From the IMG/VR virus record IMGVR_UViG_3300031669_000019: 20,000 nt of DNA; one strand, 5' to 3'. Positions 8,291 through 15,590 of the stretch are shown one piece after another. Origin of the DNA: an uncultured virus (IMG/VR IMGVR_UViG_3300031669_000019) (taxonomy: Duplodnaviria; Heunggongvirae; Uroviricota; Caudoviricetes). A program made the position numbers and the translations under genes. The notes below the pieces were generated by a model, which was given only the letters and a program-made list of their open reading frames with translations, was not told the origin of the DNA and searched no databases. Every line of letters begins with the position of its first letter. The first letter of the stretch is position 1.

Positions 8291-9372
8291 ATTTTATTCC
8301 TAACATAGGGACATGCATCTACATAGGGGCACACATCTGGCAATAATTCCATATTATCTTTTATTTCCTGTTTAGATTCTTTTATCGTATCATTATTATC
8401 ATTATAGCTGGAAACCATATCAGTAATGGTTTCCAATTTCTTAACCCTGTTGAAAATATCTATTCGCAAATAATCAATAGAATTTACCAAAGTGCCTAGT
8501 TTAATAAAATCCACCGTGGCGGTTTTTTTGTTATTGGCATTCCAATCAGAAATACTTTCTGACAATTGCTGGCAAGTATTTTCCTTTGCCTTCAATTCAA
8601 GTTGGGCCACATCGATTTTTTTTATTGTTGCCACGGCAGATAAAATAGCATCGTTTTTTGTAATTATTTTATCATAGGAACCGATTTGGTTTTTTAAATT
8701 ATTTATTGTTTCTATAGACTCGTTATTGTCATCAATCCGTTTTTCCAGTTTATCAATTTTATTGACAAGCTCCTCTGCTTCGGGTAAATAATTAAAATTT
8801 TCTAATTCGCCTGCAACGTCATGTAAAGAAATTTCTGCTTGCTTTTTTTCTGCGTTATTTTCTCTTCGTTTCGTTTCTGCCTTACTAAGAACCTTATCAA
8901 TTAAATCTAACCTAATTATATTATTAAAATATTTAGCAACATCACCGGCGCTCTTCGATAGTAAGAACGGGGAATCAAGCTGCATTTGAATATTAGTTTC
9001 GTCTATATTTAATATAGAAGGGATTTCTTCTGGAATATCCATTCCAACGGCTTCAAGTATTTTAGGCTCTTCCAATTCCGGAATAAATATTTTATAGCCA
9101 TTCATAGAATCAGATTTAATACGCTTAATTATATTAGTATCGTTTTCTATAGCAACTGAGGTGGCTTTGATAGGTTTATTTTTATTATCACGATTCCAGT
9201 TGGATATATAGGAATCACCGTTAGGCCGATTAAATCGCGCCCAATAAATGGATCTGAGCAACGAAGTTTTGCCGGAATCCGTATCACCGACAATTATATT
9301 TATTCCTGGGTCGAACTGCAGTATTGTTTTTTTGTGGGATTGAAAATTATGTATGGATAAAGACTTGATCAA
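8287..9372 (-). CDS. SbcC/Rad50-like ATPase, N-terminal half (Walker A, coiled coil, Cys pair)
   Basis: IHNFQSH, GINIIVGDTDSGKTS Walker A, Q-loop, coiled coil ending VCPYVDACPY; no Walker B; TTG start with RBS AAGGAG. Confidence 0.85.
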   Translation of the reverse strand: MIKSLSIHNFQSHKKTILQFDPGINIIVGDTDSGKTSLLRSIYWARFNRPNGDSYISNWNRDNKNKPIKATSVAIENDTNIIKRIKSDSMNGYKIFIPELEEPKILEAVGMDIPEEIPSILNIDETNIQMQLDSPFLLSKSAGDVAKYFNNIIRLDLIDKVLSKAETKRRENNAEKKQAEISLHDVAGELENFNYLPEAEELVNKIDKLEKRIDDNNESIETINNLKNQIGSYDKIITKNDAILSAVATIKKIDVAQLELKAKENTCQQLSESISDWNANNKKTATVDFIKLGTLVNSIDYLRIDIFNRVKKLETITDMVSSYNDNNDTIKESKQEIKDNMELLPDVCPYVDACPYVRNKI

Positions 9373-9462
9373 AAATTTCTCCTTACCGATTACGGTTTAG
9401 GTTCCGTGCATAAAAAGTATAACACAGAAATAGTGTTTATGCTAGTATGCGAAAATGTTATA

Positions 9463-9771
9463 TTATTTTTTATAAGCAGAGCAGAATTCACACACGTTGA
9501 ATTGTTTGCTGCTCATTTTGTGGCAGTGTGGGCATTCTTCTTCGGTGGAAGTGAATTTCAATTCAGCGGAATAATTTGATTTTTCTTCTATTAAGCTTAC
9601 AGGAGGTTTATTTTTCTTTATTTGTACCAAGGCGCCATAAATTGAAATGACAAGAAAAACGATAAACCAGATGAATGTTCCGAGCAAGCCGCTGCCGGAA
9701 ACCAAGGAAATTAGAGCCGCAAAAAACCAAAGAACGATAAGAACGAATGGAAGCAAAACAATATACACCAT
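9463..9771 (-). CDS. Membrane protein with C-terminal zinc ribbon
   Basis: Two TM segments and CPHC...CEFC; RBS AAGGAG. Confidence 0.7.
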   Translation of the reverse strand: MVYIVLLPFVLIVLWFFAALISLVSGSGLLGTFIWFIVFLVISIYGALVQIKKNKPPVSLIEEKSNYSAELKFTSTEEECPHCHKMSSKQFNVCEFCSAYKK

Positions 9772-9800
9772 GATTGTTCTCCTTTATGCAGAAATATCTT

Positions 9801-9818
9801 ACATATATATTATAGAAA
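9801..9818 (-). promoter_or_regulatory. Conserved promoter -10 motif TTTCTATAATATATATGT
   Basis: Identical 18-mer at 11364-11381; contains TATAAT; about 30 nt upstream of a start codon. Confidence 0.65.
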
Positions 9819-9839
9819 CTGCTAAATTGTTTTTTAATT

Positions 9840-9871
9840 AAAAGTAGGCGCTTAATTTAATAAGCACCCAC
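9840..9871 (-). terminator. Rho-independent terminator closing the RAMP/array unit
   Basis: Minus-strand RNA GUGGGUGCUUA-UUAAAU-UAAGCGCCUAC-UUUU: an 11-bp stem whose two G-U pairs form only on the minus strand. Confidence 0.75.
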
Positions 9872-9877
9872 GCACCT

Positions 9878-10004
9878 ACCTGCCGAACCATAACACACCA
9901 GAACCAACCACACCGTGCCGGGACCAGCCACACCGAACCTGCCAAACCTTGCCATGCCCCACCAAACCACGCCTTACCCCACGGAGCCTCACCCCGCCTG
10001 CCAA
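9878..10004 (-). repeat. GGY-NN pentamer array A: two 59-nt units delimited by GGCAGG; putative guide-RNA array
   Basis: CCTGCC (+) at 9879, 9938 and 9997, spaced 59 and 59; between them 11 in-register RCC-NN pentamers per unit (a few variant triplets). Confidence 0.85.
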
Positions 10005-10014
10005 GTTATATATT

Positions 10015-10518
10015 TTAAGCAAAAATAGTTTCATGAACCTTCTTTAATTTGGTATGGGCTTTCTGGAATATCTTATCCAAATAAGAATAATCACGCGCCA
10101 TGTTTTCGGCTTCCATTACTGTCGAAGATAACCGATTCATGACTTGCTGTTTCAATTCAGGATCAGACATGACTTCCATTACCGGCTTATATGTCATAAT
10201 CCTATTATCTTCATCCTCACCATCTAATCGAACAGATTCCAAAGCCCGAACTACCACAGAAACGGAATTACCTTTTTCATCTGCCCCGGCTATAGTGACA
10301 ACAAGAGTGCGCATGATTTGGCGGGCTTGCTCTATACGGTGCAACTCACCAGCAATTGAATCATCCCATTCAAAACATTTATACAGTTCGCTATTTTTAT
10401 TTTTTCTAGCTATCTGCACAACTTTGGGCGCTTCTTTATTTTCTATCTTTTCTAGCTCCTCGCCGACCTTCTGAGCATCGGCAAATATTCTGTTTCCCTT
10501 CTTCCAATCGTATACCAT
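10015..10518 (-). CDS. Accessory protein of the RAMP/array locus, function unknown
   Basis: 167 aa between the two arrays, RBS AAGGAG, motif SELYKCFEWDDSIAGELHRIEQARQIMR. Confidence 0.8.
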   Translation of the reverse strand: MVYDWKKGNRIFADAQKVGEELEKIENKEAPKVVQIARKNKNSELYKCFEWDDSIAGELHRIEQARQIMRTLVVTIAGADEKGNSVSVVVRALESVRLDGEDEDNRIMTYKPVMEVMSDPELKQQVMNRLSSTVMEAENMARDYSYLDKIFQKAHTKLKKVHETIFA

Positions 10519-10544
10519 ACTTTTCTCCTTATATAAAATTTATA

Positions 10545-10685
10545 ACCTAGCCTGCCCAACCATGCCTCACCAGGCCGCACCTCACCTTACCAAGCCGCAC
10601 CTCGCCTAACCCGTCCCCGCCTGCCAAACATACCTCACCGCACCCAGCCATACCTCGCCTCACCCAACCATGCCTTACCTGCCAA
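10545..10685 (-). repeat. GGY-NN pentamer array B: 58- and 69-nt units delimited by GGCAGG; putative guide-RNA array
   Basis: CCTGCC (+) at 10551, 10620 and 10678; 13 pentamers in one unit, 11 in the other (one with a 1-nt deletion). Confidence 0.85.
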
Positions 10686-10696
10686 ATAATTTTTAT

Positions 10697-11317
10697 TTAC
10701 TTCTTAGCTCGCTTTACCGGTATATTATCGGCATCGGTAGCTACGTGGAACATTCCATAGCTACCATCCTTTTCTGGACGCCATTCTCCAACGCCAACGC
10801 CGAACCCGGCCTGATTAAAAAGATTGACTATTTGCTCCAAGCTTATTTTATCGGCATTATAACGGATAGGTATGCTTGCGCGCCACTTCTTAAATTCCGG
10901 GCGATAGCGGATATCAGCCGTTCCCATACCCACGCGCACCATATCTTCCCGCATATTGGGTTTTCCTAATATGGGAACTAATTCACACGGTATATGAAAA
11001 GCGCCGCGCACTTCCGTCATCTTCATACCTTCGCAAAAACGCCCTGCGGCGCTTACAGCAGACGCCTTAAAACCGATAGCGGGAAAACCGGGTGTGCCAT
11101 CTTCAAGCCGATAAAAGGCTTCTTCATAATCACGCTGTGGATCTTTCGCTTGCTGAGCGCCCTTGGCCTTTTTCATCTGCTTATCCAGCATGCCCCTTTT
11201 TACTTTTTCTGACCATGCGTGAACGATTAGTGGGGAATCGCCTACCAATTCAATCGTAGCCAGTTGAATATTGATTTTCTTCAATTCAATCACTTGCACT
11301 TCAACAGACTTCTTCAT
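10697..11317 (-). CDS. RAMP / Cas7-like RNA-binding protein
   Basis: Likely start ATG 11317 after GGAGG. First strand IELVGDSPLIVH, GFPAIGFKASAVSA helix, and C-terminal Gly-rich loop AGFGVGVGEWRPEKDGSYGMFHV, as in RAMP (Cas7/Csm3-like) folds. Recognised by eye. Confidence 0.7.
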   Translation of the reverse strand: MKKSVEVQVIELKKINIQLATIELVGDSPLIVHAWSEKVKRGMLDKQMKKAKGAQQAKDPQRDYEEAFYRLEDGTPGFPAIGFKASAVSAAGRFCEGMKMTEVRGAFHIPCELVPILGKPNMREDMVRVGMGTADIRYRPEFKKWRASIPIRYNADKISLEQIVNLFNQAGFGVGVGEWRPEKDGSYGMFHVATDADNIPVKRAKK

Positions 11318-11363
11318 AAAAGAGACCTCCAAATAAAAAACATAATAAACGTCCTAAGCGTTC

Positions 11364-11381
11364 ACATATATATTATAGAAA
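11364..11381 (-). promoter_or_regulatory. Promoter -10 motif driving the RAMP/array unit
   Basis: TTTCTATAATATATATGT, about 47 nt upstream of the RAMP ATG; the motif recurs elsewhere in the window. Confidence 0.65.
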
Positions 11382-11505
11382 TTGTTTTACAATTTAACGG
11401 TTTTTTAGAAACAAATAGAATAATTTGTTTTTTCAACCTTTTCTATAGGAACCATTTATAAAAAACTAAATCGTTCAATTTGTTCTATAATATTGTTTGT
11501 ACAAA

Positions 11506-11550
11506 CCCTCTATACATTTTTTGTATAGAGGGCTCTATACATTTTTTGTA
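11506..11550. repeat. Palindrome plus direct repeat, candidate origin or operator
   Basis: CCCTCTATACA-TTTTT-TGTATAGAGGG inverted repeat (11506-11532); CTCTATACATTTTTTGTA at 11508 and 11533. Confidence 0.6.
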
Positions 11551-11640
11551 GAGATATATAAGATATAATACGTTATTAAAAATAAGACTTTATTACATAA
11601 AGTCAAGCAACCTGCGGTTGAATCACAATTTTTCGACTAC

Positions 11641-11669
11641 TTTACAGAATAATTCACGTGTGTTATACT
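11641..11669 (+). promoter_or_regulatory. Sigma70-type promoter for the rightward rep-like gene
   Basis: TTTACA, 17-nt spacer, TATACT with extended -10 TG. Confidence 0.7.
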
Positions 11670-11716
11670 TGATATGCTAGGAAAAGAATTTGGCCGTTCC
11701 AACCTGGTATTGACAG

Positions 11717-11823
11717 ACTACGGATTCAATCAAGTCCCTATAGACGGGTTGCTGATTAAATCCTTTTTCCGTAGTGAGGATTTATAGTCAGGGCCACAAC
11801 CCGTCTATAGGGATTTTCTTTTT
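11717..11823 (+). ncRNA. Structured 5' leader / attenuator-like RNA
   Basis: Perfect 17-bp stem 11735-11751 with 11797-11813, an inner stem, and a U-rich tail directly before the RBS; loop TCCGTAGT is complementary to ACTACGGA at 11717. Confidence 0.6.
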
Positions 11824-11833
11824 CGGAGGAACT

Positions 11834-13069
11834 ATGACAAATATTATCGCTTTCCGTTGTAATCAAAAGGCAAAAATAAAATATAACCTAAATAGTGACG
11901 ACCTGGTTTTTCTGGACTGGATGAAAGGTTTTGCTTCAAACATAAAAATAAAAAAAATAATGAATGATGAAGAACATTTTTTCTGGATAAAATATTCCAA
12001 GGTACTGGAAGATTTGCCAAGCATTTTCATCAATGTACTTTCTATCCGCAGACGAATAGCCAAACTATCGGCAAATAATCACGCTGCCATGAAGCCTTTA
12101 ATTTCTAAATTAGTTGCAACCAGTCACGGTGTAGAAACTTATTTTGCTTTCAATCCTGTTGTGATGGATGAATTGGAGGGTAATTCAATGAGCGGGTTCG
12201 ATGATGAATTGGGCTTGACCAAACTGAAATCCAAAATAAAGGAATCCAATTATAAAAAAATACCAGTAAATAAAAACGTGCAATTCATATTTGAACGGAT
12301 AAAAAAATTCAGCGTCAACGATAAAGAATTATTCCCACACGCCAGCCCGCTCGATGATCACCACTATTCCAAAACATTCGCACAATTCCAGGAAGCCCTT
12401 TACAGTTTATACGAAGGCAAATTCTTGACTAATTATTCTTTCAATACTTTTGAGGAATGGTTTCAGTTAAAATATAAATATTACTTACAAAAAGATAAAA
12501 TAATAGAAAATATAAAAGCGTGCAAAGGCGATTGGGAAGCTATAAGAAAATTATTAGTTAAAGCTATTAAAAACTATATTAAATGGTTTGATTCCGAATC
12601 GGAACAACGCGATAAATCAAAACTGCCTAGGAATATAAATGCTTTTATTTACGATAGGTTTAATCATTTATCTATGTTTTATGTTTGCTTGATCGAAGGC
12701 CCGACTGACTTACGCGAGGCAGAAGCAGAAAAAACGTTTGATACTATATTACCAAATTATAGAAAGATAGCATTAAAAATATATGACAAGAGCTTCGATG
12801 GCTTCCTTTTCTGGAATAAAATAAAATCCGTGTTACAATGGTATAAAAAATATTCAAAGGAACTATCCAATTCAAATGACGGTTGCTATTATTGGCTATC
12901 GATTGGATGTGAAGAATTTTTAGCGGATTATATTTCGTGGCTTTATGCGTTTACTGATGAAGCCCCGTTTATAAATAATATCGGTATCAATAATTTAACC
13001 TGGAAGACATTCATAAAAGAAAAGAAAACTAAACATGCTATCTATATCGATATCCCTTTAACACTTTGA
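11834..13069 (+). CDS. Putative phage replication initiator (N-terminal winged-helix-like domain)
   Basis: Likely start ATG 11834 after GGAGGA. The N-terminus (LNSDDLVFLDW...FFWIKYSKVLEDLP...IRRRIAKL) resembles phage replisome-organiser wHTH domains; function is inferred. Confidence 0.5.
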   Translation: MTNIIAFRCNQKAKIKYNLNSDDLVFLDWMKGFASNIKIKKIMNDEEHFFWIKYSKVLEDLPSIFINVLSIRRRIAKLSANNHAAMKPLISKLVATSHGVETYFAFNPVVMDELEGNSMSGFDDELGLTKLKSKIKESNYKKIPVNKNVQFIFERIKKFSVNDKELFPHASPLDDHHYSKTFAQFQEALYSLYEGKFLTNYSFNTFEEWFQLKYKYYLQKDKIIENIKACKGDWEAIRKLLVKAIKNYIKWFDSESEQRDKSKLPRNINAFIYDRFNHLSMFYVCLIEGPTDLREAEAEKTFDTILPNYRKIALKIYDKSFDGFLFWNKIKSVLQWYKKYSKELSNSNDGCYYWLSIGCEEFLADYISWLYAFTDEAPFINNIGINNLTWKTFIKEKKTKHAIYIDIPLTL

Positions 13070-13544
13070 CATAAAGTGTATATATGTCAACTATCGTCAA
13101 AACGGCGGTTCAATCCTTCAACCGTATACTTTATAGGGTTCGGGCTAGAAAACCTTGTCACACATTTATCTTAACGCAAAAACGGCCTGTTTCCACCTCT
13201 AGTTTCTGCCGCGATTGCGATTGACGGCAGTAGTATAGCTTTTATACTATATATAAAATAAAATACGGCCTAGAAACGCCTACAACGCGTTTTCTCGGTC
13301 ATAGGCATATAAGTATACGGGATAGCACACAAACTCCATAACAAGGCAGCAAACGGGTATACAGGAGGTATTAAGAAAATATAATAAATGGCTTTTATTG
13401 TTGTTAAGTAAAAGTACTTAACAAGAAAGTAAAAAAACGTATAAATAATGTACTTTTTTACCTATTTTGTTTAGAAAATCCTTTATTTATTTCTAAATAT
13501 GTGTATAATATATAGTGTACGAAGATAGTTTATAGGAGGATTTT

Positions 13545-13754
13545 ATGAGGCACGAATCGACCAGGAATTTTAGTATGTACGATGTAGCCGCTAGGGCCAG
13601 CAGCACCCCACAAACCCGATATCCTCTATCAGGTTATAATACCCGCTATGGTTATCCAGCTTGTGGTCGCGCTATAAAACATGGCTTGATAACCTGCGTT
13701 GGAACAAACAAGCGTGGCGAATGGCTCTATATCCGCACTGAGGCCAACAAATGA
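13545..13754 (+). CDS. Hypothetical protein
   Basis: Strong RBS AGGAGG and TATAAT at 13504 upstream. Confidence 0.65.
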   Translation: MRHESTRNFSMYDVAARASSTPQTRYPLSGYNTRYGYPACGRAIKHGLITCVGTNKRGEWLYIRTEANK

Positions 13755-13939
13755 TAAACGATACCGACATGGGCAAAACGGTGAAAATGCTCACCGGAAA
13801 AAACAAAGGGAAAACCGGAACTATAGAATATATTTATCCCGCTGGAACGCTCGGATGTTTCTTTACTATCATCCAAATAAAAATAACGGAACGCTTGTCC
13901 GGGCAGTTTACACCGGAACAATTACAGTTGGTTAAATGA
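13751..13939 (+). CDS. Small KOW/SH3-like protein
   Basis: GKTVKMLTGKNKGKTGTI is KOW-like; ATGA-coupled. Confidence 0.6.
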   Translation: MINDTDMGKTVKMLTGKNKGKTGTIEYIYPAGTLGCFFTIIQIKITERLSGQFTPEQLQLVK

Positions 13940-13983
13940 TCATTCTTTTTTGGATGATCAAGTTTTTATTATAGGAGTAGAAT

Positions 13984-14256
13984 ATGGCAGACAAGCGGGG
14001 AACGAAGGGCTGCGATGCGGCTGGCAGGAATACGGCGCGCTGCGCTCGCTATCAGGCGCTGGGGCATCTGGATCGCAACAAGGCCAGAAGCATAAAACGG
14101 AACAAGAAGCATCTGGAAAAGGCTAAACTCAGGCACAGCCGAAATAGCGTAATTTCCGAAATAACCAAACGGGAATTCCGCTTCACCAAAAACCATCCTG
14201 GCAAAATTTACTGGGAAACGGTAGCCAGCCACGGGCATGCAACTCCCGGCCTATAA
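13984..14256 (+). CDS. Basic hypothetical protein
   Basis: RBS AGGAG, Arg/Lys-rich, 90 aa. Confidence 0.6.
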   Translation: MADKRGTKGCDAAGRNTARCARYQALGHLDRNKARSIKRNKKHLEKAKLRHSRNSVISEITKREFRFTKNHPGKIYWETVASHGHATPGL

Positions 14257-14260
14257 ATAA

Positions 14261-14315
14261 ATCACCCTGACGAGTAGCTGAAAATTGCTACGAAACGCCG
14301 TGAGGCGTCGGTGAT
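14261..14315 (+). ncRNA. Type I hammerhead ribozyme
   Basis: Stem I ATCACC/GGTGAT, core CTGACGA, stem II GTAGC/GCTAC, GAAA, stem III CGCC-GTGA-GGCG, GTC cleavage triplet (cut after 14309). Confidence 0.93.
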
Positions 14316-14356
14316 GATCGCGGGCAGCGACAGGATGCCGGATCAGGAGGCACAAA

Positions 14357-14599
14357 ATGGCTTATCATATGCAATTTGCAAATCAAAAAGAATATGAGCG
14401 CTTTCATGAACGACTGGAAAAAATAAAAAAACTATACATAGAAAAAACCAATGACGCCCAGGAAACATTCGATACGTTAGTAAAAAAAATGAATTACAGT
14501 CCCAGAAGGGCCGCAGAATTGGTAGAGCAATGGCGATCCAAAGCGAAATTGCTGAAGCGCCGAAAGCCCCTGTGCTTCCAGGATTTCATATGTCAATAA
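14357..14599 (+). CDS. Hypothetical protein
   Basis: RBS AGGAGG, 80 aa. Confidence 0.65.
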   Translation: MAYHMQFANQKEYERFHERLEKIKKLYIEKTNDAQETFDTLVKKMNYSPRRAAELVEQWRSKAKLLKRRKPLCFQDFICQ

Positions 14600-14721
14600 A
14601 AACCTATGACGATTTACGTGACTGTTTTCGTTTGTTTCATTTGGATATAATATCCAAGTATGAATTGATTTGCGCCATTTATATATGGCAATTGAATGGT
14701 GCAATTCTTTAAGGAGATTTT

Positions 14722-15015
14722 ATGAGCCGCCCAAAAGGTTTTAAATTATCTGATGACCAGAAAGCCAAAATGCAAGCCGGGCGGCTCCTGAGAAGAGAAA
14801 AAGCCCACGAAGGCTTGATTGATGATGAACCTATAATAAAATATAATAAAAAAACTTCCTTTGTCATTGGGTATGGCTGGTCAAAAAGCGATACGCTAGT
14901 ATTCCCCATATTCAAATCTGAAACTGATATTTATAAGCGTAAAATATACCTTACAGTGGAAAAAGCACGCGAAGCGCTAGACAGATTTTTATCAAAGGAG
15001 CATATAAATGCTTGA
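14722..15015 (+). CDS. Hypothetical protein with a basic N-terminus (possible DNA-binding)
   Basis: RBS AAGGAG; RPKGFKLSDDQKAKM is reminiscent of NUMOD3-like motifs. Confidence 0.65.
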   Translation: MSRPKGFKLSDDQKAKMQAGRLLRREKAHEGLIDDEPIIKYNKKTSFVIGYGWSKSDTLVFPIFKSETDIYKRKIYLTVEKAREALDRFLSKEHINA

Positions 15016-15589
15016 TTCAAATGCTATGTTCAAACAATATCGCCGAATGATCGAAGGTGCTGCGTGGAAAGCTACAAAACATTATCACATTGACATTGAA
15101 GAAACACGCTCGCAAGTTTATTTAATATTCTGCGAAGCATTGGAACGATTTGACGAAAGTAAAAATTGCCAATTTGGTACTTTTCTTTTCAACAGACTTA
15201 GAACGATTTTCGATTATTGTTCTCAAGAAAGAAAAAATATTCATATATCTTTATCACCGAAAGATAATAAATATAATGAAAATGATTTCGATACAAAAGC
15301 GAATATAAATATTTATGCCATTGAAGCACGACAATACCAAGAATTTACCCAAGCGCTAGACCGACTGGAAACCGGCTTGGACTTATCGGAAGATGCGCAA
15401 GAAATCCTGGATTTCATCATCAGTCGCGTTTGGGAAGTGCCTGGCGCAACAAAAAAGCTGCTCCCGCGTTTCCATCCCACGATGTTATATTATACTAAAT
15501 CGGAAGGCTGGAAGCTCGCTCGCGTAAAAGCAGCTTGGGAAGAAATAAAAACGTGGTGGCTAGCCGATAACCATTTACAGGTAATATAA
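15008..15589 (+). CDS. Sigma-70 region-2-like protein (phage sigma-like factor)
   Basis: QYRRMIEGAAWK...IDIEETRSQVYLIFCEALERFDESKNCQFGTFLFNRLR follows the sigma region 2 pattern; RBS AAGGAG. Confidence 0.65.
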   Translation: MLDSNAMFKQYRRMIEGAAWKATKHYHIDIEETRSQVYLIFCEALERFDESKNCQFGTFLFNRLRTIFDYCSQERKNIHISLSPKDNKYNENDFDTKANINIYAIEARQYQEFTQALDRLETGLDLSEDAQEILDFIISRVWEVPGATKKLLPRFHPTMLYYTKSEGWKLARVKAAWEEIKTWWLADNHLQVI

Positions 15590-15590
15590 T

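Noticed and set aside
9878..10685. Classical CRISPR array or simple microsatellite
   Set aside because: There are no 25-45-nt direct repeats with unique spacers. The fixed unit punctuation with independent NN content is also unlike a slippage microsatellite.
138..11461. Plus-strand ORFs in the left arm (e.g. 138-362, 4519-4881, 5947-6366, 10100-10474, 10670-10969)
   Set aside because: Antisense shadows of well-supported minus-strand genes, with no recognisable motifs.
11774..11833. GTG start at 11774 for the rep-like ORF
   Set aside because: It lies inside the leader hairpin; ATG 11834 has a strong GGAGGA RBS.
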